DNA of 64,000 bases from an uncultured Pelagibacteraceae bacterium. Its GTDB lineage: Bacteria; Pseudomonadota; Alphaproteobacteria; Pelagibacterales; Pelagibacteraceae. A program made the position numbers and the translations under genes. Below the pieces are notes generated by a model. That model was not told the DNA's origin. It made no database searches and worked only from the letters and a program-made list of their open reading frames with translations. Shown here one piece after another: positions 20,432-29,785 of this stretch. Each line of letters opens with the position of its first letter. Position 1 is the first letter of the stretch. The stretch covers positions 31,270 to 95,269 of the forward strand of contig CACKUI010000001.1 in NCBI GenBank assembly GCA_902603305.1, given 5' to 3'.

Positions 20432-22087
20432 TTAATATTTTGTGGCTAAAATTGGCCCGATTTTATCCATTATTTGACCCGTCACCCACACAGTAGTCCA
20501 ACCAGCTGTATTCCTCCAATTGCCTTTGTAAGGATATCTTTCGTCTCTGTAATGATAGACAAATTCTCTATTTGCTTTTGGTTCATCCAACATTACAGCT
20601 AATACAAATTTTGGGTCTGAAGTTGGAAAAATTGATGCAAAAGTATTTACTTTTTTTTTTGAATAGCCACCCTTTGAAGGCTGATCTGCGGTACCAGTTT
20701 TGCCTCCTATTTGATAACCTTTAACATTTGCAAAGCCTGCAGTTCCTTCTTTTGTTGATACAATTTTTCTAAGAATGGGGTTTATTTTTTTCGATAAATT
20801 TTTATTGAGTATTCTTTTTTTTTTCAAATTTTCCTTCTCAAATAATGTAGGTGCTATTTCGTATCCACCATTGCTTATAATTGAATAACCTTTTGAAAGC
20901 TGTAATAAGGTTGTGGCAATTCCATGACCAAAAGCGACTGTCGCAAGTTTACATTTTCCCCATTTCCCTATTTGAGTTGTGCCTACTTCCTGAATGTCAA
21001 ATTCTAGATTAGATATAATTCCAATTGTTTGTAAAAACTCATTATAGTTATCAATACCAACTTTTTCAGCTATCCTAACTGAGCCAATATTTCCAGACCT
21101 AATTAAAATCTCTTCTGCAGTTAAGTCTGAGGGTATTTTATCATCATATTCAGATATTGAATTACCTGCACACGTGATTCTTTTTTTTAGATCTTTAAAT
21201 TCTGTACCAGTTTCTACAACATTATATTGTAAACCTGCAGCTAAAGTGAATGTTTTAAAAACAGATCCAAATTCATAAACACCTTTTGTTGCTCTATTAA
21301 TATATTTTACATCATTGATTTTTTCTCTTTTGTTAAGATCAAAATCAGGAAGTGATACCATTGATAAAATGTTGCCATTATTTATATCCATTAAAATTGC
21401 AGCACTTCCAATATTATTAAATATATTACTAGATTTTAATAATTCTTCTTTAATTAAATATTGCAAATTTTTATCAATTGTTAATTTTAATGGTTCTCTT
21501 GTAGTAGTTAATTCATAATCAAATGTTTTTTCAATTCCTGATATACCATTGTTATCATTATCAACTTGCCCAATTATATGACTAAATAAATTTCCGTTAG
21601 GATATATTCTTGCTATACTCTCCTCTTGAATAAATGATTTATCCCCTAGAAGTAAAATCTGCTCAAGTTTTTCTGGACTTATTTTTTTTTTTACGTAAAA
21701 GAATTTATTTCCGTATATCTTTTTTTCAAAACTTTTATTAGGAAAAATTATCTTAAGAGAGATTAATAATTTTTCTTTGTTAATGACTAAATTAGGGTTA
21801 ATACCTAAATTAATTACTGGAACACTTTTTGCCAAAATATTTCCATCATTATCTAAAATACTTGATCTAAAATTTTCTTTTTTTGTCTCTTTTTTAATTT
21901 CAGGAATAGCTTTTGTACTCAATAATATCACTTTCGATGAAAAAATAATTGCCAAGATAAAAAAAACAAAAAAAATAAAAGCTATTCTCTCAAAAGATAT
22001 TTTTAGATATGACTTATTCTCTTTATAAGAAAAGTTTTCATTATATTTATCAGACTTTTCAGAGTGTTCATTAAGTTCACTCATCAA
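20432..22087 (-). CDS. ftsI: Septal transpeptidase PBP3
   Basis: TM anchor, GISGIE, SxxK (SVFK), SxN (SGN), KTGT; dcw position. Confidence 0.92.
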   Translation of the reverse strand: MMSELNEHSEKSDKYNENFSYKENKSYLKISFERIAFIFFVFFILAIIFSSKVILLSTKAIPEIKKETKKENFRSSILDNDGNILAKSVPVINLGINPNLVINKEKLLISLKIIFPNKSFEKKIYGNKFFYVKKKISPEKLEQILLLGDKSFIQEESIARIYPNGNLFSHIIGQVDNDNNGISGIEKTFDYELTTTREPLKLTIDKNLQYLIKEELLKSSNIFNNIGSAAILMDINNGNILSMVSLPDFDLNKREKINDVKYINRATKGVYEFGSVFKTFTLAAGLQYNVVETGTEFKDLKKRITCAGNSISEYDDKIPSDLTAEEILIRSGNIGSVRIAEKVGIDNYNEFLQTIGIISNLEFDIQEVGTTQIGKWGKCKLATVAFGHGIATTLLQLSKGYSIISNGGYEIAPTLFEKENLKKKRILNKNLSKKINPILRKIVSTKEGTAGFANVKGYQIGGKTGTADQPSKGGYSKKKVNTFASIFPTSDPKFVLAVMLDEPKANREFVYHYRDERYPYKGNWRNTAGWTTVWVTGQIMDKIGPILATKY

Positions 22088-22382
22088 TATTAACCATAGC
22101 TTCTATTTTTAAATTATCCCTCAGAATTTGAATTGTATTCAAATTTTCTATTTTTTTTTGTATAAATTTATTTTCAAAATAATACTGTTGATATTCGATC
22201 AGTTTTTTTGGTGAAGTTAAAATACTATAATCTAATAAAGTAAATTCATAACGGTCTTCTAAAATTCTTATATTTTCTCTTAATTGAAAAATTTCTCTAT
22301 CAAGTTTTTTTGTAGAATTTTTAGTTAAAGTTGTTGCAAATACTAAAACAACTATAGGTATAAAAAAAAATAATCTTTTCAT
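22077..22382 (-). CDS. ftsL: Cell division protein FtsL-like
   Basis: Short TM plus coiled coil with L.SP..L, between rsmH and ftsI. Confidence 0.7.
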   Translation of the reverse strand: MKRLFFFIPIVVLVFATTLTKNSTKKLDREIFQLRENIRILEDRYEFTLLDYSILTSPKKLIEYQQYYFENKFIQKKIENLNTIQILRDNLKIEAMVNIDE

Positions 22383-22386
22383 TAAA

Positions 22387-23382
22387 TTATCTTAGAGCCT
22401 CAACATCGGTAAGATTTTTGAATTTTTTTCTAAGTTCAGTAAAATCACATTTATCGTTAGTTTTTATTCCATACCTTAATTTAGCTGATCTTGAAGGTGG
22501 GTTTTGTCTGATCTCACTATTACTCGGTAAAATTGGTTTCTTATTTATTAGATTAAAACATTTTTCTGATAGCTCTGCTTCAGGCAAATACCTAGAAGAG
22601 TTTCTTTGCTCTGAGTAGTGTTTAAAAAAAAATTTGACAATTCTATCCTCTATTGAGTGAAAACTAACTACAGCTATTATGCCACCTATAGGAATTATAT
22701 TATACGAATTAATCAAACCATTTATTAACTCACTAATTTCTTTATTCACTAAAATTCTTAATGCCTGAAAAACTTTAGTAGAATTATGAATTTTTGTTTT
22801 TTGATATTTTTTAATGTTATCTATAATTTGAACTAAATCCTCTGTATTTATATTTTTTTCACTTCTTTTTTTTACAATTTCTTTAGCAATTTTTTTTGAA
22901 TATCTTTCATCACCAAACACTTTAAATACCTTAGTAAGATTTTTTTCTTCCATATTTGATATAATATCATGAGCTGAGAAATCATTTATACCCATTTTCA
23001 TATTAAGTTTTCCACTATTAGTAAATGATAAGCCTTTTTTAGAATTTTTAACCTGGTTAAAAGAATATCCTAAATCGAAAATTATTCCTCTAAGTTTATT
23101 GTCTTTTATTTTAATTTTATCTAATTGAGAAAATTTAATATTATAAAATTGAAATCTATTTTTAAATTTTATCTTGAGTTTAGATGCACTAGTTAAAACA
23201 TCTTTGTCTCTATCAAGTGCAATTATATTATTTTTATTGTTCTCAAGAATTTTTTCTGAATAACCACCTTGACCAAATGTGCAATCAATAAATGTGCCAC
23301 CATAAAGAGGGGAAATAATGCTAATTAATTCATTTAGCAGAACTGGAAAATGTTTGTTTTCCAGATTTATGGTGGCATTCAT
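22387..23382 (-). CDS. rsmH: 16S rRNA m4C1402 methyltransferase
   Basis: HFPVLLNE, DCTFGQGGYS, FDLGYS, FQALRILVN, SFHSIEDRIVK, NPPSRSAKLR. Confidence 0.96.
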   Translation of the reverse strand: MNATINLENKHFPVLLNELISIISPLYGGTFIDCTFGQGGYSEKILENNKNNIIALDRDKDVLTSASKLKIKFKNRFQFYNIKFSQLDKIKIKDNKLRGIIFDLGYSFNQVKNSKKGLSFTNSGKLNMKMGINDFSAHDIISNMEEKNLTKVFKVFGDERYSKKIAKEIVKKRSEKNINTEDLVQIIDNIKKYQKTKIHNSTKVFQALRILVNKEISELINGLINSYNIIPIGGIIAVVSFHSIEDRIVKFFFKHYSEQRNSSRYLPEAELSEKCFNLINKKPILPSNSEIRQNPPSRSAKLRYGIKTNDKCDFTELRKKFKNLTDVEALR

Positions 23383-23400
23383 TTATTTTATTGAAGACCA

Positions 23401-24852
23401 TTAATTTTTTTGTCTTCTCAAAAATGCTGGAATTTCTAAATCGTCGTCTTCTTCTATTGTTTCCGTTGTTGAAGAAATATCCTCCTCAGTTTCATTAACT
23501 GATCCATCAGAATTAAACAGCTCTGGTGTTTCTTCATCAAAATTAAAGTTATCTAATCCGTTTGATGGAGAATTGTTGCCATCATCTGTTTCAATTGAAT
23601 GATCAGAAACTGTAGATAACTCATTTTCAACTGATTTTGTTTCTTCTTCAACAGCTGAAGTGCTTGCTAGTTCTTCTGAACCACTAATATCAGATGATAC
23701 TTCGCTCTCAGTTTCAGCTTTTACTTCTTCCTCGATTTTGAGCGCATTAGCCCCATTAGTTATGATTGAACTTTGGTTAGAAAATGTGAAGGCTTGGGAA
23801 GAGCTTGTATTAGAAAAATCTGAATATCCAGGATTTCTATTTTGTATTCTATGAACCATATTAATTACTGATTTTGGCTCAGGTTGTTGCCCATCTAGAG
23901 AAGTCGCTACGATTGAAACTCTCATTATGCCGTCAAGACTCTCATCTGTAATTGCTCCAATTATTAGTTCTGCCTCTGGATCCACCTCAGCTCTAACTTT
24001 ATTAACAGCCTCATCTACTTCGAAAAGTTTAAGGTCTTTCCCACCAGTAATATTAACTAATAATCCTTTTGCTCCTTTTAATGTATAATCGTCAATTAAA
24101 GGATTACTTATAGCCATCTCTGCAGCTTTAACTGCTCTACCTTCACCTTCAGCTTGACCCGTTCCCATCATGGCCTTACCCATTGAACTCATAACTGTTT
24201 CAACATCAGCGAAATCTAAATTAATTAAACCAGGTCTTACCATCAGATCTGTAATACTCTGAACTCCGTGCTTTAAAACATCGTTGGAAAGTAAAAAAGA
24301 TTCTTCAAAAGTAGTTTGCTCACTTGCAATTTTGAATAAATTTTGATTTGGAACTACAATTATAGTATCTACATGTTTTCTTAATTCCTCAAGACCTTGA
24401 TTTGCTTTTCTCATTCTTGAAGGACCCTCATATAAAAAAGGCAGGGTAACAACTCCAATTGTTAGAATATTTAATTCTTTAGCAGCACGAGCAATAACAT
24501 GAGCAGCACCAGTTCCGGTCCCACCACCCATACCTGCAGTTATGAAAACCATATTAGACCCCTGAAGAACATTGACAATTTCATTTAAGGATTCGTCAGC
24601 AGCAGCTTCACCTATATCTAATTTTGCTCCAGCACCTAATCCTTTAGTTAAATTTAATCCCATTTGAATTTTAGTTTGCGCATGGCTTACTCTTAAATCT
24701 TGAGCGTCAGTATTTACAGCTATAAACTCTACTCCTTGTAAACCTGACTCTATCATTCCATTGATAGCATTACCTCCTGCTCCTCCAATTCCAAGAACTA
24801 ATATTCTTGGTTTCAACTCTTTTATATCTGGTGTTTTAAAATTAATTGTCAT
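23401..24852 (-). CDS. ftsZ: Cell division protein FtsZ
   Basis: [29 protein letters not shown]; long acidic linker; C-terminal [10 protein letters not shown]. Confidence 0.99.
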   Translation of the reverse strand: MTINFKTPDIKELKPRILVLGIGGAGGNAINGMIESGLQGVEFIAVNTDAQDLRVSHAQTKIQMGLNLTKGLGAGAKLDIGEAAADESLNEIVNVLQGSNMVFITAGMGGGTGTGAAHVIARAAKELNILTIGVVTLPFLYEGPSRMRKANQGLEELRKHVDTIIVVPNQNLFKIASEQTTFEESFLLSNDVLKHGVQSITDLMVRPGLINLDFADVETVMSSMGKAMMGTGQAEGEGRAVKAAEMAISNPLIDDYTLKGAKGLLVNITGGKDLKLFEVDEAVNKVRAEVDPEAELIIGAITDESLDGIMRVSIVATSLDGQQPEPKSVINMVHRIQNRNPGYSDFSNTSSSQAFTFSNQSSIITNGANALKIEEEVKAETESEVSSDISGSEELASTSAVEEETKSVENELSTVSDHSIETDDGNNSPSNGLDNFNFDEETPELFNSDGSVNETEEDISSTTETIEEDDDLEIPAFLRRQKN

Positions 24853-24862
24853 TTACCCCCCG

Positions 24863-25318
24863 TTAGTTATTAAGTTTTTGCTCCCATTTAAGGTTAGCCC
24901 TATTAATGTTAGATTTTTTTCTAGCAGTGACCCTAAATTTTTCAAAACTTGTTGGTTCCCATATTTGGAAGGTTTTTCCCTGACCAACAAATAACATGCT
25001 ATTTTTTATTTTTGCATGTCTTAATAATTTTTCTGTAATGAGAATTCTTCCCTCGCTATCAAATTGTAAGTTAATACTTTCTGATAGTATTGAGGTTGCA
25101 AAATAATCTTTCTTATCCTCAAATGGACTTAAAGTGTCTATTGCATTTGAAATTTTTTCAATTCTATCTTGAGGCCAAGCCTCAATTGACTGATTATTAA
25201 ATGAAGGAAAACATATGATTCCGTTGTATCCGGTATTAGAGAGATAGTTTCTAAAACTAGCAGGCACGGACACCCTTCCTTTTTTGTCTAATTTGTTTTC
25301 GTAAGTAGATAAAAACAT
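24863..25318 (-). CDS. mraZ: Transcriptional regulator MraZ
   Basis: Two DxxGR repeats (DKKGRVSVPA, DSEGRILI), GQGKTFQIW. Confidence 0.96.
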   Translation of the reverse strand: MFLSTYENKLDKKGRVSVPASFRNYLSNTGYNGIICFPSFNNQSIEAWPQDRIEKISNAIDTLSPFEDKKDYFATSILSESINLQFDSEGRILITEKLLRHAKIKNSMLFVGQGKTFQIWEPTSFEKFRVTARKKSNINRANLKWEQKLNN

Positions 25319-25337
25319 AATCCATAAATTCCATATT

Positions 25338-25380
25338 TGGGATTTTATGGGATATTATGGGTTTTAATTTTAATCGTCAA
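25338..25380 (-). promoter_or_regulatory. Putative sigma70 promoter of the dcw operon with MraZ-type direct repeats
   Basis: Minus strand TTGACG (25375-25380)-N17-TAATAT (25352-25357). TGGG repeats at 25338, 25348 and 25358 (10-bp period) overlap the -10 and start region. Confidence 0.65.
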
Positions 25381-25490
25381 CACCTAATATTATAGTCGAG
25401 TATTCTTGATTTGTTCTAAATTTCTGCAATGTAGCTAAATAGAAATTTTGATTTAATTTAATTAGAGATAAGAATTATAAGATTATGATT

Positions 25491-25850
25491 TTGCCAGATA
25501 AAATATAAGCCGGGTTCTGTCGTTTAAACTTATCATTTCTCTAGGCCTTAAATCACTTTAAGGCTCAAGCAACTAACCCAGATGACTAGCCAAAGACTGC
25601 TTTTTGTTATTTCTAACTGTGTCATCTCTACTCAGTCTTGCTCCCAGTGGGGTTTTCCATGCGCTAGCTGTTACCAACTTAGCCGGTGTGCTCTTACCAC
25701 ACCTTTTCACCCTTGCCTTGATAAGGCGGTTTATTTTCTGTGGCACTGTCCCTAGGGTTACCCCCGCCAGCCGTTAACTGGCACTGTGTCTTTGTAGAGC
25801 CCGGACTTTCCTCTTTAATAAATTAAAGCGATAAGTCATTTATCTGGCAA
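25491..25850 (-). ncRNA. rnpB: RNase P RNA (bacterial type A)
   Basis: Minus strand GAGGAAAGTCCGGGC near the 5' end and ACAGAACCCGGCTTA near the 3' end; terminal helix TTGCCAGATAAA/TTTATCTGGCAA; usual position upstream of mraZ. Confidence 0.96.
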
Positions 25851-25889
25851 TAGAACAATATAAATTTTTTTTTAAAATTCAATAATTTA

Positions 25890-26603
25890 TTATCTAAGAT
25901 TATTAAGGTATTTTGCTATCTTAAAACATTCTGAATCTAATTTTCCATCAATCAATTCAGGTCTAAACCTCATCTGAAAGATTTTAATAATTTTTCTTAA
26001 TTCTTTCAAGTTAGAGTATTCCATACGATAGCCAAATTTTTTTAAATATATAATAAACTTATTTAAATTTAAATGATGCTTTTTACCTCTTAGTGGCCTA
26101 AGTGTTTTAGGATTTATATTGTGCCAAATTCCAATTTTATTTTTGCTTAAAAATTTCCAAGGAAATTTTTCTCCAGGATCTATTTTTCTTAACGGTGCTA
26201 TGTCTGAATGACCTAAAATATTTCTTTTGTTGATTTTATATTTTTTTATACAAAATTTTGAAATCATAATTAAAGATTTGATTTGTTTATAGCTAAATTT
26301 CCTGTAACCATGTTTATGACCAGGATTAGAAATTTCAATACCTAAAGATTTATAATTTAAAGACTTTTCATTGCCCCAATTTGATTTGCCAGCATGCCAA
26401 GCAATATACAAATCTGGGACCATTTGAATAATTTTTCCAGACGATGTTATATAATAATGACAACTTACATTAGAATCTATACTAGTTAATTTTTTTATTG
26501 CTAACTTATCATTTTTCATTCCTGTGTAGTGATAAATTAAATACTTTATTTTTTTTTTATCTCTTTTTTTGATATTAAAATTAGGTGAGTAATTAATGGT
26601 CAT
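25890..26603 (-). CDS. N-acetylmuramoyl-L-alanine amidase (AmpD/AmiD, Amidase_2) with C-terminal PG-binding helix
   Basis: SPNF, IYHYTGM, VSCHY, AWHAG, SLGIEI, GHSDIAP.RKIDPG, FQMRFRP. Start uncertain (26603, 26624 or 26636). Confidence 0.9.
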   Translation of the reverse strand: MTINYSPNFNIKKRDKKKIKYLIYHYTGMKNDKLAIKKLTSIDSNVSCHYYITSSGKIIQMVPDLYIAWHAGKSNWGNEKSLNYKSLGIEISNPGHKHGYRKFSYKQIKSLIMISKFCIKKYKINKRNILGHSDIAPLRKIDPGEKFPWKFLSKNKIGIWHNINPKTLRPLRGKKHHLNLNKFIIYLKKFGYRMEYSNLKELRKIIKIFQMRFRPELIDGKLDSECFKIAKYLNNLR

Positions 26604-26679
26604 TTTTTCAACATTTTTCTGCATTATTTCAAACAATTAAATCTTTAAATTAATAGAAGATATAATATAAACGGCTTTA

Positions 26680-27483
26680 ATGAAAAAGATTTTAACAATA
26701 TTTGTTATTACAGTAATTTCTCAAGTATTTACTTTAAATACATATGCAGGATCAGATGATACGGTAGAAATAAAAAGTAAGGTAAAAGAACAAAGTACTG
26801 AAGTTAAAGATTGTTTTGAAACCATTAATAGGGGCATTTTTGCATTTAATCAGGGATTAGATAAAATTTTTTTTAAACCAATTGCGAAGGGTTACAGATA
26901 CTTGCCTAAACCAATAAGATCAGGAACAAGTAATGCATTGAGCAATCTAACCAACGTTGTGACCATACCAAATAATATTTTACAAGGTCAACTTAAAGAA
27001 GCTGGATTAAATACTTTAAGATTTTCTATTAATTCTACACTTGGTATTGCTGGAATTTTTGATGTAGCATCATATTATGGATTAAATAAACTTGAAAAAG
27101 AAGATTATGGACAAACCCTTGGAACTTGGGGAGTAAAAGAAGGATGCTATTTTGTACTACCCGTCCTAGGTCCGACTACAGTAAGAGATACAATAGGCTC
27201 AATTGCTAACTTTGGAGGAGGCGATGCTTGGTACAATGTAACAGTAGCAAATGACACTAAGTATTTTGAAGATTCAGATTATTATTATTCTAGATTAACT
27301 GCAGGAGTAGATTTTAGAGCAAAAAACTTGGAAGCTTTTAATAGTCTTGAGAATAATTCTATTGACTTATATGCGTCTGTTAGGAGCCTATATTTACAGG
27401 ATAGAAAAAGAAAAATTCTAAATTCAGACGAAACTACTGAGACTATGAACGATGATGATTGGGAAGAAATAGATACCCAATAA
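26680..27483 (+). CDS. mlaA: MlaA/VacJ family lipid asymmetry protein
   Basis: DCFETINR..FAFN, INSTLGIAGIFDVA, EDYGQTLG.WG, LPVLGPTTVRD. Confidence 0.92.
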   Translation: MKKILTIFVITVISQVFTLNTYAGSDDTVEIKSKVKEQSTEVKDCFETINRGIFAFNQGLDKIFFKPIAKGYRYLPKPIRSGTSNALSNLTNVVTIPNNILQGQLKEAGLNTLRFSINSTLGIAGIFDVASYYGLNKLEKEDYGQTLGTWGVKEGCYFVLPVLGPTTVRDTIGSIANFGGGDAWYNVTVANDTKYFEDSDYYYSRLTAGVDFRAKNLEAFNSLENNSIDLYASVRSLYLQDRKRKILNSDETTETMNDDDWEEIDTQ

Positions 27484-27489
27484 TTATTA

Positions 27490-28080
27490 ATGATTAAGGT
27501 TAAAATATTTTCTTTTTTATTTTTAATCCTTTTTTCATTTGATAAATCTATAGCAAAAGAACCAAGTGTATTAATAGCGGAAATAGTTAATGAAGCATCA
27601 ATTATTTTATCGAGTTCTGACCCTGTAGAATCAAAAATAATTAAATTAAATAATATTGCAGAAACAAATGTAGATATAGAGGGTATTGGAATGTACACAT
27701 TAGGAAATTACCGCAAAAGTCTTAACGAAGATGAAAAAATTAAATATAACAAACTATTTAAAAGTTATTTCTTAAAAAGTTTTTCTAGTAGATTGGTAGA
27801 TTACTCTGATCCAAAAATATCTGTAGTTTCTGAAAAAAAAATTAATGAAAAATATACTATCGTTAACACAATTTTAGAAGAAACATCTAAAAATCCAGAA
27901 ATAAGAATTGATTGGAGAATTTATACAAAAAATCCAAATAGACCTTTAATTAGAGATCTCGTCGTAGAAGGGTTAAGTTTAGCAAGAACACAAAAGGAAG
28001 AGTTTAAATCAATTATTCAAAATAATGATGGAGATATAAATTATCTTTTTAGGTCTTTAGAAGAATTTATTATTAAATAG
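27490..28080 (+). CDS. mlaC: MlaC/Ttg2D phospholipid-binding protein
   Basis: Signal peptide, IDWRI, IRDLVVEGLSL..TQKEEF; directly after mlaA. Confidence 0.85.
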   Translation: MIKVKIFSFLFLILFSFDKSIAKEPSVLIAEIVNEASIILSSSDPVESKIIKLNNIAETNVDIEGIGMYTLGNYRKSLNEDEKIKYNKLFKSYFLKSFSSRLVDYSDPKISVVSEKKINEKYTIVNTILEETSKNPEIRIDWRIYTKNPNRPLIRDLVVEGLSLARTQKEEFKSIIQNNDGDINYLFRSLEEFIIK

Positions 28081-28081
28081 T

Positions 28082-28158
28082 TGGTGGGCCCGCCAGGACT
28101 CGAACCTGGGACCAATACATTATGAGTGTACTGCTCTAACCAACTGAGCTACAGGCCC
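28082..28158 (-). tRNA. tRNA-Ile2 (anticodon CAT, lysidine-type); tRNA-Met not fully excluded
   Basis: GGGCCTGTAGCTCAGTTGGTTAGAGCAGTACACTCATAATGTATTGGTCCCAGGTTCGAGTCCTGGCGGGCCCACCA forms a full cloverleaf with encoded CCA. Paired G1-C72 rules out initiator tRNA; C4-G69/C5-G68 are typical of Ile2. Confidence 0.9.
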
Positions 28159-28241
28159 TAAGTAATTTCCAAATTGATATACAATGTTTAACTTGTACAT
28201 TCCACATGAAATTAATGTTTAATCAATATTTTTATTTTATC

Positions 28242-28535
28242 TTAAAAGACTAAGTAAATCAAAGATTATCCTACATTATTTTTCTGAGTGCTGAGTCCTT
28301 TGAGAACTCAGGTACTTAATGTCTATCCTTTAGAATTTAATAGATAAGATAAGACAGAAAAATTTTCATAGCCTGTTTTTTTTTCAAAAATTTTTTTACC
28401 TTGTTGTTCTAAACGTTTGTCATCTACTTTCATTTGTTATCGCAGGACTCGCTCTTTATTAATTATGTCTAAATTAATTTCCATTGGTTTAGGATGTTTG
28501 TAACTATTAATAAGTTTTTTATTGTCATCACTCAT
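28242..28535 (-). pseudogene. Possible decayed small ORF
   Basis: One frame reads MSDDNKKLINSYKHPKPMEINLDIINKERVLR*QMKVDDKRLEQQGKKIFEKKTGYENFSVLSYLLNSKG*... with internal stops. Its ATG overlaps a TGA (ATGA) as coupled genes do. Confidence 0.3.
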
Positions 28536-28733
28536 CCATTTTCACCATTATTTTTATAGTCCTCATCTCTGAATTGTTTCCTTGTTTAGCAGCTATACAT
28601 TCAGACTCTTTGATTATATCCCATGAAAGCATACAATAATATTATCTTGATATTAATCATTTATACTTTTGGTTTTTTAAATATTATTGTTAAAAGTACA
28701 TATTTATATAAAATTTAAATAATACAAAAACTT

Positions 28734-29783
28734 ATGGATGACATATTTTTAAAAATAAAAAATAACGAAAACTTATGCCATTGTAATAAAGTTTCTTTTC
28801 AAGATATATTAAATGAAAACGGTCTAAATGTTCCTCAATATGAAATCTATCTAAAAAATAATAATATTGGTAATAAGTGTACTTCATGTTTGCCTGAAGC
28901 TGAAATATTATATAACTACATTTACCAAAACAAAGAAAAGATAGAACCTTTTATAAAATTAAAAAAACATACACCAAATAATAATCAAAAGTATAAATTC
29001 AATCAAAAAATTAAAAAATTAAAAGAAAATATTTATGAGATAATAGATTTTATTTTACCTAAAAAAGTTCCTGTTTTAAAAGCATATATCCCTGTAATTT
29101 CATCAAATAAAATTCAAAGTTATATTGTTAATGGTAATTTTAGTTACCCATTCAATTCGAACAAGACAAAAACTAAATTAATTAATATTAAAGTTTATGA
29201 TGAAAAAGGTAGTATTTTTTGGAAAATAAAAAAAAGGTTAAAACCAAACGATATGATGCGATTACCAATCCCAAAGTACAATAATGAAAACATATCTGTA
29301 GGTTATGCTGAGATTAATTCAAAATTCCTTGAAAAAGGTGATAGAGGAACTTCAAGAATTCACTTGAATGTTATAAGTGATAGTTCTATTTCTCAAGTAC
29401 ATTCAGGATCACCATCGCATATTAAAGAATTATATATTGACTATATAGACAATAAAGAATCTAACGAAAAAGTTTCTTTGATAATTAGTAACGTTTATAA
29501 CAAAAAAAATCACATAAAAATTTTTGACAAAAATAATGAAATATTAAATATGACTTTAGGTCCCAACCAAAGTCACTTTGTGCAGCTGCCAAAAAAAAAT
29601 AATTATATATATTATGACAATGAAAGTAATATTAAAACAGTAAGGTTAGAATCTTCTGCTTATACTGGATTAATTCATTTTTTTTATTCACTAAATGAAA
29701 ATAGTTTTTCAGTAGATCACCTAGACGCAAACCAATATACAGTTTTAAAACATAATCAAAAAATTTTAAAAATGTTAAAATAA
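28734..29783 (+). CDS. Hypothetical protein with N-terminal BFD-like [2Fe-2S]-binding motif and two beta-rich repeats
   Basis: C15-x-C17-x31-C49-x2-C52 (LCHCNKVS...GNKCTSC). I do not recognise the remainder. Confidence 0.75.
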   Translation: MDDIFLKIKNNENLCHCNKVSFQDILNENGLNVPQYEIYLKNNNIGNKCTSCLPEAEILYNYIYQNKEKIEPFIKLKKHTPNNNQKYKFNQKIKKLKENIYEIIDFILPKKVPVLKAYIPVISSNKIQSYIVNGNFSYPFNSNKTKTKLINIKVYDEKGSIFWKIKKRLKPNDMMRLPIPKYNNENISVGYAEINSKFLEKGDRGTSRIHLNVISDSSISQVHSGSPSHIKELYIDYIDNKESNEKVSLIISNVYNKKNHIKIFDKNNEILNMTLGPNQSHFVQLPKKNNYIYYDNESNIKTVRLESSAYTGLIHFFYSLNENSFSVDHLDANQYTVLKHNQKILKMLK

Positions 29784-29785
29784 TA

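Noticed and set aside
23430-23880. Long Ser/Glu/Asp-rich low-complexity stretch in ftsZ
   Set aside because: Long disordered C-terminal linkers are normal for alphaproteobacterial FtsZ.
25380-25398. ACACCTAATATTATAGT resembling an NrdR box
   Set aside because: Poor palindrome, several mismatches to the consensus, and no nrd gene nearby.
25491-25850. GC-richer structured region with a 12-bp terminal inverted repeat, first considered a MITE or riboswitch
   Set aside because: Fully explained as RNase P RNA; the inverted repeat is the P1 helix.
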